A DNA stretch of 40,645 nt from an uncultured bacterium (GTDB taxonomy: Bacteria > B130-G9): NCBI GenBank assembly GCA_965372715.1, contig CBDVDH010000035.1:1-40645 (forward strand). Direction: 5' to 3'. The notes beneath the pieces were generated by a model. The model had not been told where the DNA came from. It saw only the letters and a list, made by a program, of their open reading frames with translations, and ran no database searches. This document shows, one piece after another, positions 1 to 8,771 of the stretch (its first letter is position 1; each line of letters opens with the position of its first letter). Made by a program: the position numbers and the translations under genes.

Positions 1-176
1 AACGCCTTAACCTGCGCGGGGGACTGCGTGCCATTCCTCTCCGCAAAGAGCACGTTGTAGTTCTGATCGCTTTTGAAAGGTGGGTCCAAGTAAATCAGGT
101 CAACCGACTCATCCGTGACGTGTAGCCTCAGCACCTCCAGATTGTCGCCGTAGTAGAGCACGTTCTTATCTTGCAT
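1..176 (-). CDS. 5' part of a third DNA methyltransferase copy (runs off the window)
   Basis: ATG at 176; reads MQDKNVLYYGDNLEVLRLHVTDESVDLIYLDPPF...; nt 1-176 identical to 1517-1692 and 3036-3211. Confidence 0.85.
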   Translation of the reverse strand, partial: MQDKNVLYYGDNLEVLRLHVTDESVDLIYLDPPFKSDQNYNVLFAERNGTQSPAQVKA

Positions 177-213
177 CCTCAAATCCTTACGGCTATGTAG
201 AATTACCGTCACT

Positions 214-1692
214 TCAATCGAATACGTTGTTTGAGTCGTCGGCGTCGTTATTCTTGGCTCTCTGAGCCTTCTTGAAGGTAACGTTGGTTCGCTTAAGCGG
301 CGGACAATCGACGCCTTTGCCGCGCAGGATGTCCTCAATCGTAAGAATCTGAATGCGCGGATAGCGCTTCTGCCAGACTGTCGATTCATAGAAACCGGCG
401 CCTGCCGCCTCCCCTCGCATGTCCTTCGTTGGGTCGAGCATCGTTATCAGGACACCGATCTCCGCGCCCTCCCGCTCAATCACACCCCGCAGATCGCGTA
501 TCATGTACGACGTAACGTGACCCGACTTGACTGAGAAGACGATCTGCTTGGTTTTACCGCCCTTCGCCTCGTCATGGAAATAGAGCCGTCCGTCAATGCC
601 CTTGTCGGACCCTTTCTTCTCCTCAACGGGCCTTGCGCCCAACAGGCCCAGCGCCCACCATTGAAACTGATACGGATTCTCCTTCGCCAGTTGCATCGCG
701 CCGGAGATGGAGACCGGCTCGCCAATCACCTCATACTCCTTCTTGATCTCCTCACCGAACGTGTTCTCAAGTCGGTATTTCATGAGCGTTACGGCCAAAT
801 GCGTTATGTCGATGCCGATCCAGCGGCGATTGAGGCGCTGGGCGACGGCGACCGTCGTGCCACATCCGCAGAACGGGTCGAGAACCAGATCGCCCTCGTT
901 GCTGGAGGCGCTGATAATCCTCTCGAGCAGGCGTTCAGGCTTCTGCGTCGGGTAGCCAAGTCTCTCCTTAGCTGAAGGCATGACGGGCTGCATTGTCCAA
1001 ACGTCGTCAGGATGCTTGCCCTGAGGATGTGGCTCGTAGGAATCATAGACTTTGTCCCCCCGAAAAGCCTTTGCCTTGTACTTCAACCTCTCCGCAGTAT
1101 CTGACGAATACGGCGTCCGAACCGCGTCAACGTTAAATGGTCGCTTGGCGGTCTCTGTCTTCGAATAGAAGAGGATCACGTCATGGCGCCGACCGAAGCG
1201 ACGCTTGGATACTCCGCCTCCACGGTAGTACCAAACGATTTCGTTCTGGAGATTCTGGGGCCCAAACACAGCATCCATAATCAGCCTCAGATGCGCACTC
1301 GCAGTTGGATCGCAGTGCAGGTATATGCTTCCGGTGGGCTTCAAAACACGCCTAAGCTCGATGAGGCGCGGCGCCATCATAGATAGGTAGGCGAGCATAT
1401 CGCTGTCGCCCAGGAGCTTCCTGAAGCCCTGCATAGCCTGGGAGACCTTGCCGCCTCTCTCCACGACCTCCTCGTATGCCTCAGCTGACTCCATGTCCCA
1501 CGTCCAAGTATCCTTAAACGCCTTAACCTGCGCGGGGGACTGCGTGCCATTCCTCTCCGCAAAGAGCACGTTGTAGTTCTGATCGCTTTTGAAAGGTGGG
1601 TCCAAGTAAATCAGGTCAACCGACTCATCCGTGACGTGTAGCCTCAGCACCTCCAGATTGTCGCCGTAGTAGAGCACGTTCTTATCTTGCAT
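214..1692 (-). CDS. beta-class N6/N4 DNA methyltransferase with C-terminal Mrr-like nuclease-fold domain (copy 2, 492 aa)
   Basis: True start is the MQDKN ATG at 1692 (the ORF track over-extends to 1905); DPPF motif IV, YPTQKP, LDPFCGCGTT motif I; C-terminal DKGIDG...FSVKSG. Confidence 0.9.
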   Translation of the reverse strand: MQDKNVLYYGDNLEVLRLHVTDESVDLIYLDPPFKSDQNYNVLFAERNGTQSPAQVKAFKDTWTWDMESAEAYEEVVERGGKVSQAMQGFRKLLGDSDMLAYLSMMAPRLIELRRVLKPTGSIYLHCDPTASAHLRLIMDAVFGPQNLQNEIVWYYRGGGVSKRRFGRRHDVILFYSKTETAKRPFNVDAVRTPYSSDTAERLKYKAKAFRGDKVYDSYEPHPQGKHPDDVWTMQPVMPSAKERLGYPTQKPERLLERIISASSNEGDLVLDPFCGCGTTVAVAQRLNRRWIGIDITHLAVTLMKYRLENTFGEEIKKEYEVIGEPVSISGAMQLAKENPYQFQWWALGLLGARPVEEKKGSDKGIDGRLYFHDEAKGGKTKQIVFSVKSGHVTSYMIRDLRGVIEREGAEIGVLITMLDPTKDMRGEAAGAGFYESTVWQKRYPRIQILTIEDILRGKGVDCPPLKRTNVTFKKAQRAKNNDADDSNNVFD

Positions 1693-1729
1693 CCTCAAAT
1701 CCTTACGGCTATGTAGAATTACCGTCACT

Positions 1730-3211
1730 TCAATCGAATACGTTGTTTGAGTCGTCGGCGTCGTTATTCTTGGCTCTCTGAGCCTTCTTGAAGGTAACGT
1801 TGGTTCGCTTAAGCGGCGGACAATCGACGCCTTTGCCGCGCAGGATGTCCTCAATCGTAAGAATCTGAATGCGCGGATAGCGCTTCTGCCAGACTGTCGA
1901 TTCATAGAAACCGGCGCCTGCCGCCTCCCCTCGCATGTCCTTCGTTGGGTCGAGCATCGTTATGAGGACACCGATCTCCGCGCCCTCGCGCTCAATCACA
2001 CCCCGCAGATCGCGTATCATGTACGACGTAACGTGACCTGACTTAACTGAGAAGACGATCTGCTTGGTTTTACCGCCCTTCGCCTCATCGTGGAAATAGA
2101 GCCGGCCATCGACGCCTTTATCAGCACCCTTTTTCTGCTCAACGGGCCTTGCGCCCAACAGGCCCAGCGCCCACCACTGGAATTGATACGGATTCTCCTT
2201 TGCCAGCTGCATCGCGCCGGAGATCGACACTGGCTCGCCGACCACCTCGTATTGGCTATTGATTCCCTCACCGAATGTGTTCTCAAGTCGGTATTTCATG
2301 AGCGTAACGGCCAAATGCGTTATGTCAATGCCGATCCAGCGACGATTGAGGCGCTGAGCAACGGCCACCGTCGTGCCACATCCGCAGAACGGGTCGAGAA
2401 CCAGATCGCCCTCGTTGCTGCTCGCCGTGATAATCCTCTCCAAGAGCGACTCAGGCTTCTGCGTCGGGTAGCCAAGCCGCTCTCTGGCCTGAGAGTTGAT
2501 TACAGAAATGTCCCATACATCGTCCATGGGTGCCCCGGGAGATACTTCCTTGGTCATCTTTGTAACCTGTCGCATCCCATTCTTAAACTCGACCCGGCTC
2601 TTGTGTCCGCGCCAACGTCTAAGTGTGCCTTTCGTCAATGGCTCCAGTAGAACGTTGAAAGTGTTCTTGCCGTGCTGGTTACTGTAGAATAGCAGTACAT
2701 CGTGCATTCTTTGAAACTGAAATTTGCCAGCGGGCCAGCGCTTGTAATGCCAGATTGCCTCATTTCGGAAGTTCTCTGTTCCGAAAACCGCATCCATAAG
2801 CAGCCTTAGGTGTGCGCTGGCTGTCGGGTCGCAGTGCAGGTATATGCTCCCGGTGGGCTTCAAAACACGCCTAAGCTCGATGAGGCGCGGCGCCATCATG
2901 GACAGGTAGGCGAGCATATCGCTGTCACCCAGGAGCTTCCTGAAGCCCTGCATAGCCTGGGAGACCTTGCCGCCTCTTTCCACGACCTCCTCGTATGCCT
3001 CCGCTGACTCCAGGTCCCAAGTCCAAGTATCTTTGAACGCCTTAACCTGCGCGGGGGACTGCGTGCCATTCCTCTCCGCAAAGAGCACGTTGTAGTTCTG
3101 ATCGCTTTTGAAAGGTGGGTCCAAGTAAATCAGGTCAACCGACTCATCCGTGACGTGTAGCCTCAGCACCTCCAGATTGTCGCCGTAGTAGAGCACGTTC
3201 TTATCTTGCAT
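1730..3211 (-). CDS. beta-class N6/N4 DNA methyltransferase with C-terminal Mrr-like domain (copy 1, 493 aa)
   Basis: Same motifs as copy 2; different central TRD segment; RBS-like AGGGGG upstream. Confidence 0.9.
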   Translation of the reverse strand: MQDKNVLYYGDNLEVLRLHVTDESVDLIYLDPPFKSDQNYNVLFAERNGTQSPAQVKAFKDTWTWDLESAEAYEEVVERGGKVSQAMQGFRKLLGDSDMLAYLSMMAPRLIELRRVLKPTGSIYLHCDPTASAHLRLLMDAVFGTENFRNEAIWHYKRWPAGKFQFQRMHDVLLFYSNQHGKNTFNVLLEPLTKGTLRRWRGHKSRVEFKNGMRQVTKMTKEVSPGAPMDDVWDISVINSQARERLGYPTQKPESLLERIITASSNEGDLVLDPFCGCGTTVAVAQRLNRRWIGIDITHLAVTLMKYRLENTFGEGINSQYEVVGEPVSISGAMQLAKENPYQFQWWALGLLGARPVEQKKGADKGVDGRLYFHDEAKGGKTKQIVFSVKSGHVTSYMIRDLRGVIEREGAEIGVLITMLDPTKDMRGEAAGAGFYESTVWQKRYPRIQILTIEDILRGKGVDCPPLKRTNVTFKKAQRAKNNDADDSNNVFD

Positions 3212-3229
3212 CGTCAGCCCCCTTTTGCC

Positions 3230-3934
3230 TCAGCATCGCGTCTGGTTCCGGTTCGTTTCTGCTCGCGGATTATCGGCATTCATCAACGGGCGGAGCAGTG
3301 CCCGGACTGGGGCGCCGTCGGGCACGTCGATCCTCAGCGGTAAGCATAGGAGCTCATAGCTGCCAGGGGCAACCTGCGAGAGGTCCAGGCCCTCGAGAAT
3401 CAGCACGTCGCGGGCAAGAAGCGTCCTGTGTGTTTCAACTCCAGACGACCCCATCTGCCCTATTGAGAGATAATCAATCCCCACGAGCGACGCGCCAAGC
3501 TCGGCAAGGAACTCCGCGCCGTCTGGAGTCAAATAGACGTAGTTGCGGTTGAAGTCTGCTTGCGAAATGAGCTTGGAGTTCCTGGTCTTGAGAAGGACCC
3601 GCTCTTCGTGTGCGATCTCTTTCCCAGCGAGCGTCTCGGCGTCGATGCACACCTCGCATTCAGTGCAATCAAGAACGCAGCATTCGCCGACAAGTCGCGA
3701 CAGGTCAATCTGCGGCAGCGTCCGCCCCCCTCTGATTATATGTGCTGGGGCATCGATATGTGTGCCGGAGTGGCTGCCCATGCAGAACCTGTGGACAACC
3801 GCGGCATCCTCTGCGCTTGCGCCCTTGATCTTCTCGATCTCGACCGTCGGGTCGCCAGGATATGTAACCGTCTGCAGCGACAGCGGCAGAGAGATGTCAA
3901 TCAACGGAGCCTGAGAGCTATTCTTCGACGGCAC
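3230..3934 (-). CDS. Cyclase family metal-dependent hydrolase (KynB/arylformamidase-like)
   Basis: HSGTHIDAPAH motif, VGIDYLS, ILEGL, DGAPVRA. Confidence 0.88.
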   Translation of the reverse strand: MPSKNSSQAPLIDISLPLSLQTVTYPGDPTVEIEKIKGASAEDAAVVHRFCMGSHSGTHIDAPAHIIRGGRTLPQIDLSRLVGECCVLDCTECEVCIDAETLAGKEIAHEERVLLKTRNSKLISQADFNRNYVYLTPDGAEFLAELGASLVGIDYLSIGQMGSSGVETHRTLLARDVLILEGLDLSQVAPGSYELLCLPLRIDVPDGAPVRALLRPLMNADNPRAETNRNQTRC

Positions 3935-4700
3935 TCTTGCGAGGTCTTCCTCTTTTCTTGGCGGGCTTTCCTCCCACGAGCCTCAACCTGTAGTCATCCG
4001 CCTTGATCTCGACTAACTTGCACATCTCGTAAAGCCGCGAACGCAACCGCACTCCTATTCTGTCCTGAAGCGTCTCCGTGGCTCTTGTAAGGCCGCTCTT
4101 TTGGGCCCCAGCATCCATGAAATTGGTCGTGATGATCATGGCTTTTTTGTGGTTGTAGCGATGATTGATGATGAAGCCCAGCCTATCACGAACCCAATCG
4201 CTAATCCGCTCCGCCCCCAGGTCATCCAAGACCACGACGTCAGTCTCCAAGACAGGCGACAAAACGTCGCTCTCGGAAGTCTCCCCCTTGGGGTCCGAAT
4301 AGGTCTCCTTGATCTCGCCAAGAAGAGACCGGAAATCGACAAAGAGGCATGGCACGCTCTTTGTTGAAACCATCTCCTTCACTATCGCGACGGCAAGATG
4401 TGTTTTGCCCACACCAGACCCTCCCATGAAAAGCAGGCCGTCGCGTTTGGCCGGATATGCTCTCACGAAATCCTCCGCAGATTTCTTGGCCTCTCCAAGG
4501 CTGACATTGTTCGCTATATCGAAGTCATTGAAGCTGCAATGCGAATAGCGCTGGGCGATATTCGCCTGAGAAAGCAGAATGTTCTGCCTCAAGCTCTCGT
4601 AGCAGTCGCAGCGGAACGCCTCCTCGCCCTCTATCACCCAACCAGTGTCGTTACAGCGCTCGCATCGAGGGCCTTCAGAATCGTAATGCGAATCCGTCAT
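3918..4700 (-). CDS. DnaC/IstB-like AAA+ ATPase with N-terminal Zn-binding motif
   Basis: CERC..CDC, Walker A GGSGVGKT, Walker B VVLDDLG, IITTN, RLRSRLYEM. Confidence 0.88.
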   Translation of the reverse strand: MTDSHYDSEGPRCERCNDTGWVIEGEEAFRCDCYESLRQNILLSQANIAQRYSHCSFNDFDIANNVSLGEAKKSAEDFVRAYPAKRDGLLFMGGSGVGKTHLAVAIVKEMVSTKSVPCLFVDFRSLLGEIKETYSDPKGETSESDVLSPVLETDVVVLDDLGAERISDWVRDRLGFIINHRYNHKKAMIITTNFMDAGAQKSGLTRATETLQDRIGVRLRSRLYEMCKLVEIKADDYRLRLVGGKPAKKRGRPRKSAVEE

Positions 4701-4711
4701 TGAGCTCCCGC

Positions 4712-5005
4712 TTATTCGTTCTTTATGACCCTCGGCACGCGGAAATAATCGCCCTGCCGGTCAGGCGCCATCCCTAAAGCCACGTCCTGGGGCAGGCCCG
4801 GCCGACATTCGTCCTCGCGAAACACGTTCGTCAGGTTCTGCGTGTGCGCGGTTGGCGGCACGTCGGAAAGATCAAGCTCGTTCAGCTTATCAACGTAGGC
4901 GATGATCCGCAGAAGCTGGCGGCTGAACGTCTCCTTTTCCGCCTCGCTGAGCTCAATCCCGGCTAGCCCCGCAAGGTATTCAACCTGCTCCTTTTTTATT
5001 TCCAT
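4712..5005 (-). CDS. gatC: Asp/Glu-tRNA amidotransferase subunit C
   Basis: 97 aa; VEYLAGLA..L, LNELD, PTAH, NVFRED, YFRVPRVI are typical of GatC. Confidence 0.93.
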   Translation of the reverse strand: MEIKKEQVEYLAGLAGIELSEAEKETFSRQLLRIIAYVDKLNELDLSDVPPTAHTQNLTNVFREDECRPGLPQDVALGMAPDRQGDYFRVPRVIKNE

Positions 5006-5009
5006 CCGA

Positions 5010-8000
5010 TCAATTCACGGTAAGATATGGATATATGGCGCTCGAGTTCAAAGAGCTGTCGAACGCCACGACCTCCAGCGTCATGCAGCCCGGCGCAAGC
5101 CCTCCGGGCATCAGTATCTGGAACGTGTAGATGCCGTCCCCGGCAAAGTCATCGCCGTCTATGCCGTCGTCATTGAAGAAGAAACCCGTCGGGACCCCGC
5201 CCTCGAGAAACAGCTCGACGCGGTCGATGTCGGATAGGCCGTCGGGATCAGAAACAAACGCAACTATCTTCATGCTCTCGCCAGGACCGACGGTTTCGCG
5301 TCCAAAGAAGCCGCCGCCCAGAATAACTGGCGCTCCGTCCGCCGTCATCGCCGGCTGCCAGACATCCACGTTCATCTGCGACAGTTCGCTTGGCAAGGCC
5401 AACGGGCCGGACAGCACGTTCAGATACGGCCAGGATGTGCTCTGGTTGCCGGCGGCGTCCGTCGCTACAAGCTCCACACGGTAATTCCCAGGGCCGATCT
5501 CGCCAGGCGCCATCTGCGCAAGACACGTGAAGATGCCATCACCAGGGAGGTCGTCCGGCTCAAGGCCGTCGTCGGTCAAGAAAACGCCCAAGGGAATGCT
5601 CCCGTAACACGCCTCGACAGTCTGCACGTCGGAAAGGCCGTCAAGATCGACAACGAACGCCTGCATCCCAAACTCGAACCCCGTGGCGGAATTGACGCTG
5701 GCCTCAAGATAGCCGGCCGCGTATATCTGTGGCGCGACGGAGGGCGCCTCCCCAGGCGTGAACTCTAGCACAAAAGAGTCCCTTGCTGGGATCGCCACGT
5801 AGTTCTCATAGCTCTCCACGTGCTTCCAGGCGCCACCACTCTTCTTGTTCACATCAACGCTAATTGTTACAAACTGCTTAACACAGACGGTGTCCTCATT
5901 CGAGAAAACGATGTAGTAGCTCTCCGACGGGGTCTCGGCGTTGAAACTGTCGCCCGGAGAATCGGTGCGCCACTCATGCGCCTGAAAAGCCTCATCGTTC
6001 TGATACTTGTCATACTCGTCAGAGCTGACGATGAAGAAATCAACGTTGCCGGCTTTCTCCTTGTGCCCGAAGGACCCCGCGCTGATGCTGTAGAGCATCT
6101 CAAACTCCACGTTGTAGGTGAAGTCGAGTCGGTATTCACGCTCGCCCACTGGGAACTCTACGCTCTGAATCGGTGGCAGCGTCGGCATCAGGCCCTCCTC
6201 AATGACCCAAGTGTGAGAATACTGCTCACCTGCTACAGTACCGGTTAGAATCTGAGCGTCGCCCACGTTGCCGACCCGGCTCCTGACGTTCATCCAGAAG
6301 TCCCTGTTGTTGCCCAGGTCTATCAAGACTTCTCCAGTAGAATCCGTGTAGGACACAATCGCGGTCCCCAGACCATAGGCGGGGTTATTATTGTAATAAA
6401 CCTTCACTGTTATCTCCGCTCCGTCCACAGGATTGTGATTTAGGTCCTCGACCCTCGCACGGAGCGTGCAGACCTTGCTGAATCTCTTGGTCGCGTTGAC
6501 AGGATACGTGTCGCCCCTGTCCTGCGAGATCGCGGAGAGGTCCTTGCTGCCGCCGAAGTCCTTGTCATAAAGCACGCTCTGCTTGGCAACGGAAGTGTGG
6601 TTGCCGTTCCAGTCAACTTGGTACCCATGCCAATCCCCCTCCCAGAACTCGTTCGTAACGTGGTCCCAGGTGTGGTTGTTGACGCCGGCGCACGGCAGGA
6701 GGCAGGCTCTCGCTGCGGCGTTCATCAAGTCCTGAATCTCGCCGCAGTTGCCGTTATGCTCGAAGCATATCTGATTGGCCTGGATTGGCCGGTTGCCTCT
6801 CGCTCTGAAAGGCAGATTCCTGCACACCCAGTTGCCGACAACATCCACCGCCATGCTGTTGGGCTCAAATGGTCTGAAGGCGGCCAGCGAGGCATTCACG
6901 ACGCTGTCGTCCCAAAGGTGGCTCGCGTTCCCTATCACTTCCTGCAGCGTGGGATAACGACCTATACCAACCTCGTTAATCGTCTCAGGGACGTACCCCA
7001 AACCGAATGGCAAGTCGAGATCGCCCCAAGCGTTCTCAGGAGCGCACGCCCCATGGAACTGGAACGTTACGTAGCTCGCCGCCATCCAGCTGCGAATCCG
7101 GGACACGACGGTTTCGTCCGCCAGCGCCTCGTAAAAGGCGCGGCTCTGATTCGAGGCGACGATGACCTTACTGCACCGACTCCAGAATCGAATTATGAAG
7201 TCGTCGGACGTGAACATCTCATAAGGGATGTCGTTGTTCTCCAAGATTTCCTGAATCGGGCCGACTATATTGGGGTCGCCGGTGTCATCGAGTATGCCTA
7301 CCCAGTCGCTTGGTATGAGCATCTCGCTCGCAATGCCGTTAGAACGCATAACGAGATTCTGAAGCATCTTGGTCTTGCCCGTAGCGTAGGCCTGCTCCGC
7401 GTCCATCGTCGTAACAATCACGCGCGACATGCTCCAGGGATACTCACAAAGGAGCGGCTTTTCAGCGTCGGACCGGGCCATCAAGATGGCGGCCCGATAG
7501 CCCTTGTAACCGTCGGTCAGGTAACCCGTCGCGGACGGGCCCCAACTATCGACGTCAGCGTCCGTTATCCAGTTGGGCGTCTTGTTCACGTAGTAGTTTG
7601 TGTAGTCGTATTCCTCGGATGGATTGTAGAACAGGTATTCGCGCCAGAGGTAGCCGTAGGTGCTGGTCCTATCGGTAATCGCGGGACTCATTGAGGGGTG
7701 CTCATCGCCGTGCTTCGGGTGAACCACAAACCAGTAGTAGATGTCCCTCGGCAGCTCATATTGGCCCATTACGCCGCCGCGTATCGTGTTGTATCGCACG
7801 GTGGAGTAGTAATCGAGGTCCTGTCCAGGGACGCCATAGTCAACGATGTCCGCATAAGCGACCTCGGCGTCTATCTGATACAGAAGCTCCGCGTTTCTAA
7901 TGAGCAGCTGCGGATCGCCTCTGGTCAGGACGCTTTTAGAAGAGTGCGCAATCGTGAAAGCCACCTCGTCTATGAGCCTGAGGTCTGTGATGTCGAGAAG

Positions 8001-8360
8001 CAGCTGGCCAAAGTCTTCCTGCTGCGAAGTGGTCATGCGGACGAACATGTCGTAAACGTCCATTCGCAGCCACTCGGGAACCAGCAGGAGCGCGTCCTCC
8101 GCCTGAGGCGCGATCGGCGTTCCCGGGCCGACCTCGTTCACGAAACTGCCGTCCCCATTCAGCGGAACAGGCAACCCTGCCCCGACTGCGCCAGAAACGA
8201 CGCCCAACTCGCCGAAATCAACGTCCGTCTCGGCCCAGGCCGGCCCCCCCGTCGGCCCACGAAGGACCTCGGCCGGAAGCTCAATGTCAGAGGCGAGCAG
8301 TCCCACGCTGCACGCCATGAGCGTCACGGCAATCGGGAGCATCAATTGAATCTTCCTCAT
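5010..8360 (-). CDS. Large secreted transglutaminase-like domain protein with two C-terminal DDG...GDG(I)(F/Y)T repeat domains
   Basis: Signal peptide; GNCGE / DHVTNE / QVD putative Cys-His-Asp triad; duplicated C-terminal module DDGxxxDDxxGDGI. Confidence 0.7.
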   Translation of the reverse strand: MRKIQLMLPIAVTLMACSVGLLASDIELPAEVLRGPTGGPAWAETDVDFGELGVVSGAVGAGLPVPLNGDGSFVNEVGPGTPIAPQAEDALLLVPEWLRMDVYDMFVRMTTSQQEDFGQLLLDITDLRLIDEVAFTIAHSSKSVLTRGDPQLLIRNAELLYQIDAEVAYADIVDYGVPGQDLDYYSTVRYNTIRGGVMGQYELPRDIYYWFVVHPKHGDEHPSMSPAITDRTSTYGYLWREYLFYNPSEEYDYTNYYVNKTPNWITDADVDSWGPSATGYLTDGYKGYRAAILMARSDAEKPLLCEYPWSMSRVIVTTMDAEQAYATGKTKMLQNLVMRSNGIASEMLIPSDWVGILDDTGDPNIVGPIQEILENNDIPYEMFTSDDFIIRFWSRCSKVIVASNQSRAFYEALADETVVSRIRSWMAASYVTFQFHGACAPENAWGDLDLPFGLGYVPETINEVGIGRYPTLQEVIGNASHLWDDSVVNASLAAFRPFEPNSMAVDVVGNWVCRNLPFRARGNRPIQANQICFEHNGNCGEIQDLMNAAARACLLPCAGVNNHTWDHVTNEFWEGDWHGYQVDWNGNHTSVAKQSVLYDKDFGGSKDLSAISQDRGDTYPVNATKRFSKVCTLRARVEDLNHNPVDGAEITVKVYYNNNPAYGLGTAIVSYTDSTGEVLIDLGNNRDFWMNVRSRVGNVGDAQILTGTVAGEQYSHTWVIEEGLMPTLPPIQSVEFPVGEREYRLDFTYNVEFEMLYSISAGSFGHKEKAGNVDFFIVSSDEYDKYQNDEAFQAHEWRTDSPGDSFNAETPSESYYIVFSNEDTVCVKQFVTISVDVNKKSGGAWKHVESYENYVAIPARDSFVLEFTPGEAPSVAPQIYAAGYLEASVNSATGFEFGMQAFVVDLDGLSDVQTVEACYGSIPLGVFLTDDGLEPDDLPGDGIFTCLAQMAPGEIGPGNYRVELVATDAAGNQSTSWPYLNVLSGPLALPSELSQMNVDVWQPAMTADGAPVILGGGFFGRETVGPGESMKIVAFVSDPDGLSDIDRVELFLEGGVPTGFFFNDDGIDGDDFAGDGIYTFQILMPGGLAPGCMTLEVVAFDSSLNSSAIYPYLTVN

Positions 8361-8481
8361 CTAAATTCCTCCTCTAAAAAGACAAGTCTCAGAGCCCAAT
8401 ATCAAGCAAAGGCTCGTAAAAAGTGACGTGCAGCTCGACAACACCGCGTCGAAAAAAACCGATCAAAATAGGTGAGAACAC

Positions 8482-8510
8482 ATCATAGATACCGCCACCT
8501 TAGCTGTCAA
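8482..8510 (-). promoter_or_regulatory. sigma70-type promoter for the 8360-to-left operon
   Basis: TTGACA-17 bp-TATGAT on the minus strand. Confidence 0.75.
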
Positions 8511-8521
8511 CGCAATCGTCA

Positions 8522-8571
8522 GAGGAGTTTCCCCGTCGGGGACACGGGCGAAAACGTCAATAGGCTAAAAA
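8522..8571 (+). repeat. 50-bp purine-rich dispersed repeat, copy 1
   Basis: 40/50 ungapped identity with the reverse complement of 31741-31790. Confidence 0.7.
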
Positions 8572-8682
8572 GGACAAAGGGGAGGGTTGGTATTAGAGTA
8601 TAACCTGGTCGGTAACCGGCTTTACCGGAAGGTTGGGTGCTAGGACGTCAGTGGTGGCGAAAGCGTCTTCCCTTGACCGCAT

Positions 8683-8711
8683 TTGGTTCTTGTGCAGCAA
8701 TTTGTTAGAAT
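8683..8711 (+). promoter_or_regulatory. Possible extended -10 promoter for the DUF433 gene
   Basis: TTGGTT-17-TAGAAT with TG at the extended -10 position. Confidence 0.45.
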
Positions 8712-8771
8712 GGAGCGGATTACGGAGGTGCTGCTATATCAAAGTTATGTCGAACAAGGGCAGGATGTCTG

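Larger units (their letters stand above)
1..3211 (-). repeat. Tandem repeat of a ~1516-1519-bp unit (MTase gene plus 37-bp spacer), at least 3 gene starts
   Basis: ATGs at 176, 1692, 3211; spacers 177-213 and 1693-1729 identical; 1-447 identical to 1517-1963. Confidence 0.9.

Noticed and set aside
177-213. 37-bp spacer repeated at 1693-1729 as a CRISPR repeat or attC site
   Set aside because: The copies are separated by whole genes and embedded in longer identical sequence; there is only a weak hairpin and no cas or integrase gene.
1693-1905. 71-aa N-terminal extension of the 214..1905 ORF
   Set aside because: It overlaps the previous copy's C-terminus out of frame; the paralogues start at MQDKN.
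3918-4700. IS21 element or prophage suggested by the IstB-like ATPase
   Set aside because: No IstA transposase, terminal inverted repeats or phage genes nearby.
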